In this document: positions 12,472-25,570 of the stretch, piece after piece
How positions within the stretch are numbered: position 1 is the stretch's first letter
Layout of the letters: every line of letters begins with the position of its first letter
Made by a program: the position numbers and the translations under genes
Assembly (NCBI RefSeq): GCF_002105155.1
Contig: NW_019028993.1
Location: forward strand, 310,001 to 374,000
Direction of reading: 5' to 3'
DNA from: Lobosporangium transversale
Taxonomy: Eukaryota
Length of the DNA: 64,000 nucleotides
The notes under the pieces: model-generated
Databases searched by the model: none
What the model was told of the DNA's origin: nothing
Seen by the model: the letters and a program-made list of their open reading frames with translations, nothing else

Positions 12472-14439
12472 ATGCCAATGCAAGTATTTGAATTCCAAGC
12501 CGACAGCTCTGTCAGCTTGGCGACCACCGCTGCGATCAATCGCAAGAGTTGTGATCATTGCTTTCTTAATCGAAAGACATGTGACAAAGTCCGAACAGCG
12601 ACCGACACAGGTGACAAGTGTGGACGGTGTGCAAAGGATGAGCGTCCCTGCACATTTACTCCCACAGTCCATCTGTATCACATCGCGGATTGTGTAGGTC
12701 GTCATCAATGTCGAGCCAAGGTCATCCAGGCGATGGGAGGTCGTAAGAAGGAGGTCAAGCACAAGACCATTGAGATCCCTATTGTCTGTAATATGGACTC
12801 GGAAATAGATCAGGCCCTATATGAGTCTATCCAGAAGCAACCTAACTTGCTTGTTTACAATAACCGTATAAAATCGTTTCTTGCATACGATGTAAGTTAA
12901 TTAGTGGTCTGCTCTCGCGAGCATTGTTAAAAAAACATTGACTCTAAAAAAAATCATTGCTCTTATTAATCGGCACTGTTCAACACAAATTAATTCTACT
13001 AGATACTTGGATTGCCAGAAGAGGAGGAGGAAGATGATCGAATGTCATCACAGAATGATCAAGGTGTGCCTGACTTGGTAAGACTGACACCTACTCTTTT
13101 ATTTTTTTCTTCGTAGCCCCAATGTCTTCGCCAGCTTTCTCACGACTACTTTTTTGTGTAACGTCGCTCAATTTTTTTTTTTTTTTAGTCTTCCGAATCC
13201 CCCATACATGGCTCGAAACGTTCGTTTGAAGCTGATGATGGTGGGGAGGATGCATCCAGTAATAACAGGACTACATCGCCCACACAGGGACCACAAAAGT
13301 TTAGGATTATGGCCTTGATTGATGCTCATCAAAGTCAAAACCAAAGCCAAAACCAAAGTCAACTTCAGCAGCAATTGAGTCAACAAAATCACCTTCCATC
13401 AGCTGACCAAAGCCAGCAACAACAGCAGGCCTCCCGAGCGGGCAAGAGTCCAATGATCATACCTATGGACATTATGGCATCAAATGCCAATGGCATGCCA
13501 TCAAGTCCTAGCTCACTCAGCCCAAATGAGGCTATGACACATTATCAAAGGCGCCTTTCAGAAGCGCTGGCTACATTACCTTCGCTATCTACAGCTGGTC
13601 AGCTTTCTGGAGGCCTCCAAGCTTCTTCTGCCCTTAATCAACAGCAACAAAATGGGTACAGAAGTACAAGCCCGTTGCCCCATAGTCCACTAGCACCAAG
13701 TCCCACGTATCACTCTCCTCAACCTCCCAGTCCACTGGAGCTGTCGCTCACTATCGACACAAACTTTTCAAATCTTAACAACAGTCACCAAAACCTCTCA
13801 AGCTTGTTTGACAGTAGTCTGAGCATGTCTACTCAACAGCAACAGCAGCAGCAGGGGCGATCTACCCCTACCAGGGTAAGCATTGGAACATCAACGTCTC
13901 CTCAGTTGGGCTCCGAAAACATCATCGATGGTAATAATGGTAATGACTCTGCAGCTCCTCCTCCACCGCCTCTGGTGATCACAACTACGGATGAGGATGG
14001 TCATGAAGTCGGATTCTACTATGCGGTACCATCTGTTAACCTAAATCCAGCTTACAGTGACGCAGATTTGTTTCAGGATTTCACAATGATGGATGCTTTG
14101 GGTGAAGATTTTGTATGGATTGAGAATTTGTTTGATGATCTTACGCCTGAAGAGGCTACTGCCAACATGAATGCCATGTCTGTCGCCGCAGTGACAGGCT
14201 CATCCTCGTCTGCTTCGCCAATGATGGATGCTTCCATGTCGCCTTCGGCAGCAGTCCACGACAACAACAGCAACAGCAGTATCAGCAGCAGTAACATTTC
14301 GACTGGTATGATGATGCCAGGGACCACGCTTCACGACTTAATGGCCTCAAATATTAATACAATGATAAGTCCCAACAACGGCAGTAGTGGCAGCAATATC
14401 GAGGCCTCTATGGGCTATATGGGTCCATTGTTTCAGCAA

Positions 14440-14470
<31 letters not shown>

Positions 14471-14517
14471 AGCAATTCTGGATGAACCAACAGTTCACTC
14501 AGACCATGCAAGGTTAA
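12472..14517 (+). CDS. Zn(II)2Cys6 transcription factor-like protein, ~607 aa; exons 12472-12891, 13003-13077, 13189-14517
   Basis: C-x2-C-x6-C-x12-C-x2-C-x6-C (RKSCDHCFLNRKTCDK...KCGRCAKDERPCTF); in-phase GT/AG introns; Q/S/acidic C-terminal region typical of activation domains. Confidence 0.85.
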
Positions 14518-15145
14518 TAAGAAAAGGAAGTTTTGAAGCAAAAATGAAGCTCGGAGGTGGAAAGTAAAAAACCAAAAACAAAAAAAAAAACTTAGATGCT
14601 CGACAGATCTGTATAATTTAATGTGTATATGTACTTTTAGAAATCCTCCCCGTCCTTTTTAAAGACCATCTTGTATATAAGTATATAAAACATTCTTAAT
14701 AAAACATGAAAAGTCTCCAATGGTAATAGCGTTAGCGATAATGACCGCAAAATGATTACTTTGAAATATGAGACACCGGATATGACACTGATACTATGAC
14801 ACTATAGGACTGACACCGCTTTTTCTTCCTCGCGTTTTGTTGTACGCATTTGATTTTTTTTAAAAAAAAAAAAAAGTGAAACCGAAAACGGGTTCTGCAT
14901 TACGCCAGAATTGCAGCCTTGGTGGCATTATACTTACGTTAGGAGTTAAAGGCAGAAAGTATTAAAGAGAAGAGCCCCAGATCACTCCCTCTCCTCTCTG
15001 TCTTTCTATTGTCCCTTTACACTCTTTTTTTTTTTTTAAAACCCTTTTCTCTCATTCCTTTTCACGCAAAGGTCCCATTAAAAAAATAGAAAAAAAAGAA
15101 GTAGTTCTTATCACCAATAATCTCCATCTTGAAAACAAACAAAAA

Positions 15146-16279
15146 ATGGATCATAGAGATCATAGATCAAGCATTAAGGGTTGGATTGTCCAATCGATCG
15201 GCGAGTTTCTGGGTACGGCTATGTTTTTGTATTTAGCTGTAGGTGCAGCAGATGCGATCACACTAGGCGTAGGCTATGGAGCCAACATCCTTGGATCCGC
15301 CATTGCATTTGGGGTATCTCTGATGTGCATCTCCTGGGCGTTCTTCCGGATCAGCGGGAGTCATTTCAACCCAGCCATTTCACTGAGCTCATTGATCACA
15401 GGTCATCTAAAGCTTCCTCAATTCTTTATTTATTTCATTGCCCAACTCTTGGGAGCCATGGTGGGCATTGCTTTGGCTCGTGGAACTACGCCCTCGAGTC
15501 AATATTTCGGGTACTCAAAAAATGAACTTGTAAGTTTTTTTTCCTTCTTCTTATCTTTAAACAAGTGAAAGCAAAGCCAATAATTATTAATATTTGTTAA
15601 TACTGACCTCCCCCTCATCTCTCTCTCTTCGCCCTTTCCCCCTTCCAGTACTATGGAGAGAGCATTGCTCGTGGTTTCTTCCTCGAGATGTTCTTGACCA
15701 CGATCTTATGCTTCGTCTATCATATGATAGTTCATGAAAAGAATCGGTCGACCTTCATGTCCGCTTTTCCTTATGGTCTGACACTTATGGCTTGTCATCT
15801 GTTTGCGACTCGATATACAAATGCAGCCATCAACCCTGCTCGTGCTTTTGGTACCTCGGTGGTAGCTCGTTCTTTCTCACGTGATCATTGGATTTACTGG
15901 TTCGGGTAAGAAGATTCAAAAGATGAGTGGAGGATCGATTTAGAAGAAAAAAAATGTTTCTAATATTTTTTTCTTGCTTGTTTCTGTCTCAAAAAAAAAA
16001 AAAAAAAAAAAAAAAAAAGACCACTCTGCGGCTCCATCCTTGGTGCAGGAATGTATATTCTCTTCCGTTACATGGATTATGATCATTACACAGCCGGTAT
16101 CGATGCTGAGAACCATGCTCAGTACATGCGTGCTCAGGCTGCTGTGAACGGTGATCATGCTACTGATGGTAACTATGGTCGTGGTTATGGCCAAGGCTAT
16201 GACAATGATTATGCCCATGGACGTCATGGCGGCAATACCACAGGCACGACTTCCAACAACCAGGCCAATGTTCTTCCTC

Positions 16280-16284
<5 letters not shown>
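15146..16284 (+). CDS. Aquaporin / MIP channel; exons 15146-15529, 15649-15905, 16020-16284
   Basis: EFLGT, ISGSHFNPA, AAINPARAFG and HWIYWFGPLCG; both NPA boxes present and exon phases consistent. Confidence 0.95.
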
Positions 16285-16314
<30 letters not shown>

Positions 16315-18212
16315 AGGTCTTGACCTTTTCTCTATGTACATTTTAATGTGATGAGGGGGGTTTTTTTTTTTTCTTGTAAAGCATTCCTTTCGATTATCAG
16401 CATTTTACCTTTTTTCTCTATCACCTCTCTTTACTCTCTTGATATATAATTCAATGCTAATCGCGTAATAAAAAACAAAAGTGAATTAATGTTTTCTGTT
16501 GATTCATCTGGACTAAGCTAAGCTTATATAATGATCGTAAAGTTTTTCCTATCTTAATCATTAATGAACAATGGGTATATAAATTCCTTTTAAGGAAGAT
16601 TTAGAGGGAGAAACTAGGAAGAAATAAGTAGAAAAGGAGAAGTCGTAAAGAACTTTTACACATTTCATGGGGACGTACAATGCTTTACGAAGACGATAGA
16701 TAGCGTCTTTACATACTCTTTCATTGGAGGGGGGGTTTTTTTTTTTCTTAATTCCTTTTCCTTTCGCATTGAAAGAAAGATAAAGATCAGAGACAGCCGT
16801 AGTTGATATTGATTTTTCTTTATATGCCTGGTTTTAATTGGATCCTCAAGCGGGAAATAAGGAGATTGCACAGTAAAGGGTCACTGTTTAATTTAGTTTT
16901 AGAGTCCTTGGCTTCCAAAAACCATCAGGTTTCCACATCAACTTTTGCACAGCACACTCTACAGAAAGGAGGTTGAACCAATTTCTACGAACACAAATCA
17001 CCCACACCGAACACTGGTATACATACATCTATCTCGAAGCTCCATCTTTTCTGGTGCACTCAGTGTAATATTAAAGTTGAATTGGTCATGTATTGTTTTA
17101 TCTGATAGTATCTACCGAATATAAAAGCAAGAAGCATAAAGGTACGACACCGATGATAATATGGAGAGGATTTGTATCCTCATATCTCCATGGTTAAAAC
17201 AAGACCAAGGATGCCCTTGTATTTTGATACAAAGTGTTCCTTGTGCCTCTAATAAATGTATCCGTTTAGTTTGGGAAGATGAATGCTGGTGAACTGCTGA
17301 AAAAAAAAAAAAAAAAAAAACTATTTAGTGATATCCCCAAGGGCTATATTATTTCTGATGAACTCGCTTTTTCTTTGTAACATGTTCGGATGTTCGGTAA
17401 TCAAATAAAGTAAACGCTTGTAAAACATCACCAAGGAAAAGTGATTTGAAGGTTTGATTTTAATATGTTGTATTAAACTGTCCCCCAAGTCACTCCCATT
17501 CTTATCTGGATGCTGGAAAAATCTTTGGCTCTCAGCATTGCATAAACTTAATTTTAAATGACACTATTGATTGGAAGATCCTGCAGTAAAAAAAATGCCT
17601 AGACCCACCCTCCGGAATAGTTCTTTCTATTGTTTTATTCATGGCAGCGGTTGGAGTAAGGGCCCTTCGTATTTTTCTTTTTTTGTGTAAATAAGTATAC
17701 ATGTATATGTATGACGGCGTCGATCTCAACAGCGCCGCAAAATAAAAACTTTCTTTATTGCTACTTGGAGTACAATGTGGCTGCGGAATGTTGTCCAAAT
17801 GGAGATTTATTTTGGCAGAATTTTTTTTGACTGGATAAAGTTTTCTATTCTTCCATCTCCGCAAGTAACGATTGCACGCACAAGCATAGACTACGAGCAG
17901 ATTTTAGCACAGTTTCCATGCACATGTATACTCTATACCTGTACGTATATATAAATATATACATATACATCTGTACATTTATACTTTCTCTTTCTTGATG
18001 CTTAATAATGACAAAAAAAAAAAGGTTTTCTTAGGAAAACAACAGCATCATTCATTCTATGTATGGAGTCTATTGGAGGAGCTGAATGAGTGAATAGAGA
18101 GGGATTCGAGAATAAAAGGACGACATTTTTTTTCTTATCCCACTTCAATCATAAAAAAACTCCCTTTGTTTCTATTCACCAGATACTCACCTAATTCCAT
18201 ACCATTTCAACC

Positions 18213-19449
18213 ATGCCATCCAACATTAACTCATTTGAAGATACTTCTGCCACTTTTACTGGCTGGGCTTCGACTGGCACTGCCAACTTGAAACCATTTT
18301 CATACCACCCTCGACCTCTCGGCCCTAAGGATGTCGAAATTGAGATCACTCACTGTGGCATTTGCGGCTCTGATATCCATACCATCACAGAAGGCTGGGG
18401 AAAGTTAAAGAATGGACCTTGTATTCCAGGACATGAGATCGTCGGCAAGATCGTTGCGACTGGTAGTGACAATAGCCCTCACAAGATTGGTGATTTAGTC
18501 GGTGTCGGCGCCATGGTCGATTCTTGTCGCAGCTGTGAAGAATGTAAGACTGGCTTTGATCAGTTCTGTGAGGCAAAGGCCTTCACCTATAATGATACTT
18601 TCAAGGACGGGCGTGGTGGTTACACCTATGGAGGGTATGCTGACCGAGTCCGTGTCAACGGCGAATTTGTGTTCAAGATCCCCTCTCAGATCTCACCTGC
18701 TGAAGGTAAGAACAAAACAAAGCCTCAAGTGTGCATAATTCATCATCATGCATAGGGTTAAGAGAAATAGACAATCCTCAAACCAACTCTTTACCTAATA
18801 TGTTTAATATGCTAACATACAATCCATTGTTCTCTATTTCATTCAATAAGCTGCACCTCTCTTGTGCGCCGGTATCACTACCTATACCCCTCTTAAACAG
18901 TACGGTGCTGGTCCTGGCAAGAAAGTCGGTGTCATCGGAATCGGAGGACTCGGTCACTTGGGTATCCAGTGGGCCAGAGCTATGAACTGTGATGAGGTCG
19001 TTGCAATTTCTACCAGTGATAGCAAACGTGATGAGGCCAAGCAACTCGGAGCTACAAAGTTCATCAACTCCAAGAAACCCGAAGAGATGAAGGCAGCTGC
19101 TAAATCCTTGGATATAATCATCTGTACTAGCTTTGCACTGGATTCAGACTGGGCCCAGCTTCTCTCTTTGGTTGCTAACCATGGCAAGTTTGTTCTCTTG
19201 GCCTTGCCTGAGAAACCTATCAAGGTGCCCGGAAACTCGTTGATTTCACGAGGTGTATCTATGGTGGGTTCTTTGATTGGAGGCAAAGAGATGGTCGCTG
19301 AAATGTTGCAGTTTGCAGCTGAGAAGAACGTTCGACCATGGATCGAGAAGATGCCTATGAATGATGCCAACGCCGCTGTAAAGCATATGATGGAAGGGCG
19401 TCCTCGCTACAGAATCGTCATGGAGACTGAGACCGCTTCTCATGCCTAA
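18213..19449 (+). CDS. Zn-dependent, NADP-type alcohol dehydrogenase (ADH6/cinnamyl-ADH family); exons 18213-18705, 18851-19449
   Basis: CGICGSD, GHEIVG, structural Zn CxxCxxC-x7-C, APLLCAGIT across the splice, GIGGLGHLG, RYRIV. Confidence 0.95.
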
Positions 19450-21719
19450 AAAACTCCTTCCTACTTTCTTTCCCATTTGAAAAAGTATCGTACCGGTCCA
19501 CTAGTTCTTAATTAATAATTCATACAAGCGCTGTTGTAAATAAAAACATATGTAAATGGCTAATCTTGGATCAAAATGAATCAAGACTTGTCATATTTAT
19601 GTAAAAAGCTCTTTGTAATCAATATATACACCCTCTTGGAAATGAAATGATGAATGATAGGCGGGAACGTTAAAAGAAAAACGCTAATTTTTTAGTTAGC
19701 AAATCGATCATCGTTTTTAAGATCGGGGTCTCACTAATTTATTTTCTTCCATGTATTACTTCTCCACTTCTACTTTAACACTATTACTTCTACCATCACT
19801 CTGTCGTTTTATTCGTATCATTCAACTGGCTACACTTGCGCTTTCGTTTCTTTCCCTTATTTGAGGAAAAAAAAAAAACCGTATGTATGTACTTTTGGTT
19901 TTAATATCCAGATATTGTAAAGGGCAAAGAATTAAAAAAACCACATGATTAATGCTACACGTTGAAAGTTCTTTTGAACGATTAGTAATCGGTCAGATCT
20001 GGTAGGCCCTTTTTTTAATCTTAGATGCATTCATACATCAGTGGTGCAGGTAGGATATTAGTTTTGCCAGAACTATCAAGGAATTCTCTCTTTGGATTGG
20101 TCCGGCTTTCCAGGAAAAGGAAGAATTATCAGCAAAAATGACAACTTTTTAATTCCAGCTCCGCAGTCAAAGAGATTCCTTGTGTATGTACACCAAAGAT
20201 GACGTTTTTTTTTTTTTTTTTGCTATTCTTCACTACTTATCATCCCGACTCTTTATCTTGTATTCATTCTTCTTACCATATATTTGTCCAATACTTTGCC
20301 AGCCCAAAAAACAATAGCTGCTGCAAATATCGCTATCAAGGATGTGCCCACCACCGATCAGATCGAAAATACATTGATCAGTGGCTTTGAAGAATTTGTA
20401 CATATCCAAACGCGAATAAGTTTTTGGTGCTCACTGAGATCTAGCCAGCGCTATGCAGTAGAGATAAATCCAGGACGCGTCAGACCTTAGGAAGGATGAT
20501 GAGCCTATTTTGCAAGATTATTATCAACATGAACTCATAAGATATTTGTGCTGAAAGATAAAATATAAAAGACGGAAGATTTACAAAAAAAAAAAAAAAA
20601 AAAAAAAAAAGATAGAAAGTCAAACATAAGGTAAAAGGTAATAAAAAAAATTGGCCACATAACGTTCCTCTTGGTTCTCTTCTCTTATTCTTAGGATCCG
20701 AGGTGAGTGCTGACAGTCTGATTTAACTCTCTTTAAAAGTAAGCAAGCAATAAAGGATAAAAAAATGAACAATTAACATTTAAAATAAAGCTAGTGATAA
20801 GGGCATCTTGGGGAGGGTCACCACCACGCCTTTTATTATATAAATGTGGAAGGAACGTGATTATTATATATTATTGTAAAATGATGAGACCATAACACAT
20901 TTGTGCGGAAAAAAAATAAAAATAAATGATGACTCAAGCACAAATTATTGAGTACCGAATGATTTCCCATTTACGCTCTGCTTTCTTTTTTTTACTCTTT
21001 TCTCACTCTGCGCACTTTTTTTTTCTCACACGCTCTCTTCTCCACTTATTTTTTTCCCTCTCTCTTTGCATTCCTCTCTACCATAATCGCATACTCTCTT
21101 ACTCTTTACCATTTAATAATCATTCACGCCATGATTATATCTGTCTTGATTATAATTTACAATCCCTTGCACTAATTAACTACCTCAACGCGTGCTCGTG
21201 AGAAATAAGTACGCGGATTGACATGACCGTGTGAATCTGTGCATTGGTGTTTATCAATCTTTTAATTCCCTTTGCACTTCTTTCTAATAATCTGGTTGAT
21301 CGAACAGGAAATTTAGGTAAGTTCTCTTACTCAGCATTTTTGGGCTCACAATATCCATGACAGTGGCCTTGTACCATCGCCTTGGTCCTGCGAATATGGT
21401 AGATGAGCGACGTAAGGCCATTACAGTGCAATTTACGGCAGCATGACCTAGTCAAGCCATGGAGCATGCTTGCTATTGCTGTACTGTTCGTCATCCTACT
21501 GCGAGCGAAGGAATCAGTATCCTTGCTTAGCAGACCGTGCACCTTTCCTTCCTTTAGCACTTGACCCAGCAAAAGGAATAGGGTGCTTGGTTGCTCTTCA
21601 ACATGAACAAGGGATGCTATCGCACTTCTTCAGTCTGTGAGCTACAATGATTTATCAGCGTTGTTAAGATTGCACTGGAATGCTGAAATGATATTTTCTT
21701 GATTATCCTATATTTAGAT

Positions 21720-24118
21720 ATGATGGATCAAGAAGTTGCAAAATATCTGAGAATCGCATCATCAAAAAAGAAAAAGGACATTGGAGCGATCGACTTTTTT
21801 ACCTCAATGAATGCTATGTGCCAGGACCGCGGCTCGATGTCTGCAGCATGGATTCGTGGAGTAGACCGTCTCAAGAACCTGAATCTGAAGCGACGACTGA
21901 AAGCAAATTGGTTAAATACTGCTAAGATTCGTAACGCTTTCTGGAATGAACTTGATGAACAAGAATGAAATATGCCAGGATCATAATAAGTAACGAGAAC
22001 GAAAGAAAGATGTCTTTATTATGATCCAGGGATCTTCGTTAAATAAAAAGGGTAAAAATCTTAGCTATAGTAAAAATCTATTCAAATCGAATTCAAAAAA
22101 GTAATTAGTCTTGTCTTTAACACTCAAACTATATTGCGTAAATGCTTCTGATCTTACTGTAATTAACAAAAAATCTTATCTCTCACTTTATAGTATCTCA
22201 CTCAAGTTCATCGACTCACACTACATCATCATCCACAAATTCAATATCATCAGCTCACGCTGTCCCCTCATCTGCAAGCTCATCATCAATCAATGCTGCG
22301 TCTTTATCTACTCAAGCGATAAAGGCAACCAAACAAAAGTCACCGTTATTAGAAGAGCCATGGCAAACCCTACAAGATTGTGCCCAGAAAGTTGTAAGAT
22401 ATGCTGTGATGATTTAGACCAAATGCCTCAAGCGTACAACATTAATATTATTGATTCCTGCCTAATATAGAGCCAGAAACGATCAATGCCGTGTCTTGAA
22501 TATGATTTGTCCTCAATGTCGGAAACAAGAGCAGGGCTTTTCCAACACGCTTATGATTCGCTGCTTTTGTTCCAAGATAATGGAGAGGACATCGTTACAC
22601 TAAAAGACGCGTTGTATGTATATTGTTTTTTCAACTTCACTGGAACAGCATGGAGCACCGCCGCCATAATATCGAGGCCTATTTAATTGACAAACATTAT
22701 TATTATTTATTTTATTTTATTTTATTTTTTATTTTTATTTTTATTTTTTTATGTATAGCGTGGCGCTCTCCTGCACAATGAACCTCTCTGGTCCAAATTT
22801 AAAATCGTATTTTTCAAAAGAAATCCTGGAATTGGCAGCCCATGATACCGAGCTGCTCAACAAGCAAAATAAGATTGCGAACTTGCTCGAGCCATTTCAT
22901 GAGAACCTGTGCAGGAACGACTTGGATATTTCCAAACTCCTACAGTTTGCGGTAAAACGCAAAGCTGAGCTGATGGAAGCCGGCCAGGATAATGAGATGG
23001 AAGGAAAAATCACTGACATAATTGAGTGCTTGTAAATCTTTCGGTTTGTTATACATGATTATGGATAAATTACACCATCTGTGTCTCACAACTTCAGTCT
23101 TACTAATTCCTGTCATCCAGATGTCGTTTTATAGCTTCCCCAGAAATGCGAGTAGAGGAGCCATTTTCGGAGGCGGAAGTTGTTGATATCTGGAGGAGTA
23201 TCTTTAAAATCCTCCTCAGAGACACCAACGTCTATATAAAGAGGTATCTTTTTTTTTTTTTTGTTGCGATAGTAGCTTGATGGCTCTCCAGCACTTTTCT
23301 TTGAAAGTTAACACCATGCTTATTTGATATGATTTTAGTGGTGAGACCGTCGTCATTGCAGCGAAAGGTGTCCAAGAGATATTGAACAAAGAGTTTGGTG
23401 ACCATAGCACATATGGTCGCAAAGCGGATATGTTGTTTAAGTCCAAGTCTGAGCTGTGCAATTTCGAATTCAAGGCAGAAGGAACGCCGCCATCAGAGAT
23501 GCTGATACAGAATCGAAAAAACATCAGGTTAAATCGGTGTATTCTTGAACATTTGCGGCGGCTCGGTGTTTCCCGGCCAAGGATAGTATTTGCAGACTTT
23601 CAAGGTAATTGAATTGTCATGGTGGTTCATGGTGGTTGAAGTAATGGCGCATTTATTGATTATTTTAATGGTTATTGCTACGCATGTTCCTGGATAGGGT
23701 TTTCTGGATGTGTGTTTTTACTTCAGTCATTTAAGGACGTTTACACAAGCAAGTGCATTGACTATTTGTCTGTGCCACGAAATGCAACAGAGTTGAAAGA
23801 ACTTCTTAGAGATGGAGACTTGATAGCATCGCTCCTAGCCATAATGGTACGTTGTATAAATTTTAAACAATGGAGATCATGAAATGCTCTCATTCAAGAC
23901 ACTTATTATATGAAATCCGATATCGGATGCCTGATGTCTAATAGAAGCACCTTCTTGATTCAGAGCAAGAGGTAAATGAAGCCCTAGACAAGTCGAAGCA
24001 AATCAGTACAAAAAGAAAACTGCTCCAACTGTACTCTGACCGTGATAAATCTCCCTTGCCTAGGGAGCGGCGTTTTTCAAGCTCCATCTATCTCAGTCCC
24101 ACCAAATATAAGAGTTAA
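21720..24118 (+). pseudogene. Multi-exon PD-(D/E)XK nuclease-like gene, 3' exons intact, first exon disrupted
   Basis: Exons from 22471 on splice in phase to FSEAEVVDIWRSIFKILL..SGETV..YGRKADMLF..ELCNFEFK..QNRKNIRLNRCIL..LSVPRNATEL..YLSPTKYKS* (TAA 24116-24118). Exon 1 hits TGA 21966-21968, and its shifted continuation has stops at 22022 and 22040. Confidence 0.7.
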
Positions 24119-24655
24119 TAGACGCCACCTCATTGAATCATGTCCCTTTCTAATAGTCTAAACAAAGTTCATTAAAGCAATCTTTGTAGGAGAAAAATTG
24201 GAATCTTACTTTGTCTCTCCATTTGCTCGAAATAAATGATTGGAACCGGTTAAAAATTCTTAACGGGTTCACCGACTCAAATTTTCTAGTGGTAATAAAG
24301 GAAGTGGTATCCAAGGGGTAACAAAAGAGGTTAGTGGACAAGTGCAATAAGTTGCACAAAGAACGTAGTCATCCTGGTTGTACCCAAACAACTCCCATTG
24401 AACATTCGACTAGACTGGCCTACTTATCACGGAAGGTACTTTTTGCATTTTTGCACCTTGGTGATAATCATATGTTGACATGTTGGGTATGGGTTATAAA
24501 TGAATGGCAAGGTAAGGAACTGTTTCAAACACATGCATGATAGTGTCATGAAGCATGAATTCGAAGAATACTTGTTGGATTGCACGGAACCTCTTAAGTT
24601 AATCGGTAGAGAGGAAAAAAAAAAAAAAGAGGAAGAGAGATGTTGTTCTTTTCGA

Positions 24656-25057
24656 ATAAATCTGTAGAACAGTGGGCTTAATCTCAGCTGATTGTAGCAA
24701 CAAGACTACTCTACAGCTTACAATAGCCCGTTCAATTAAAGTCGTCTGCAATGGATTTATCTCTTCCAATCTTTGGAATTAGCATTAGCAGGCACTACAC
24801 AAGACCTTTCCGCCCTGCATGATGACCCCGCGTAGCATGATTCAGGAGCCGAAGCTCTATTCGTATTCAACTAAGTATCGGGAAAGGCGGTAATCGTCGC
24901 GTTCTAGCACAGCTTCTGCCTTAGAGGCGTTCAGCCATAATTCAGCAGACGATAGATTCGGGCCGTTGCCTGTTCAGGCAGGCCCAAATACCAATTATCC
25001 GAATGAACGGTTCCTCTCGTACTAAGTTCAATTACTATTATTGCATGAACATTTCAT

Positions 25058-25089
<32 letters not shown>

Positions 25090-25159
25090 CCTAAACCCAG
25101 CTCACGTTCCGTATTAGTGAGTGAACAATCCAACGCTTACTGAATTTTGCTTCAGTATA

Positions 25160-25190
<31 letters not shown>

Positions 25191-25231
25191 CCAACGTCGC
25201 TATGAATGCTTGGCTGCCACAAGCCAGTTAT
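24656..25231 (-). rRNA. Dispersed, mutated 28S/25S rRNA 3'-terminal fragment (pseudogene)
   Basis: Reverse complement gives ATAACTGGCTTGTGGCAGCC, TTCGATGTCGGCTCTTCCT, GTCGTGAGACAGGTTAGTTTTACCCTACTGATG, sarcin-ricin loop AGTACGAGAGGAAC and terminal GCTGAGATTAAGCC. Conserved positions are substituted (CACTCACTAATACGG for CACCCACTAATAGGG; TTTAGGCCG for TTTAGACCG). Confidence 0.95.
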
Positions 25232-25536
25232 TATAACCTTAGAGATGTGCTGCGCTTGGATGTCCCTTGTTCTTAATTCTCAATAAAAAATAATCAAAGT
25301 TATCATCTTCGTTCGCTGTCAAATACCACACACACCATGTATATACATGCACATTAATCCTTCCTAACCTTAATATGCTCCACCCACGCTGGCTATATAG
25401 ATATATACATTGACCTTTTTTTTTTTCCTTCTTTTTTTTCATCTTAATATCTCTTTTAGAGACACTTCTTTGCTTCTTTTCTTTGGAGGCAGTTTGTATA
25501 TTTAGCTGAATGTCACTACAATGTGTTCCTAGCCGA

Positions 25537-25570
<34 letters not shown>

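Noticed and set aside
20040..20545. Coding-like stretch (SNTLPAQKT..., DDEPILQDYYQHELIR)
   Set aside because: Possibly a decayed gene, but there are stops in all frames and no family I can name.
24656..25231. Functional rDNA unit
   Set aside because: Only the 3' ~575 nt are present, with mutations at conserved bases and no 18S or 5.8S.
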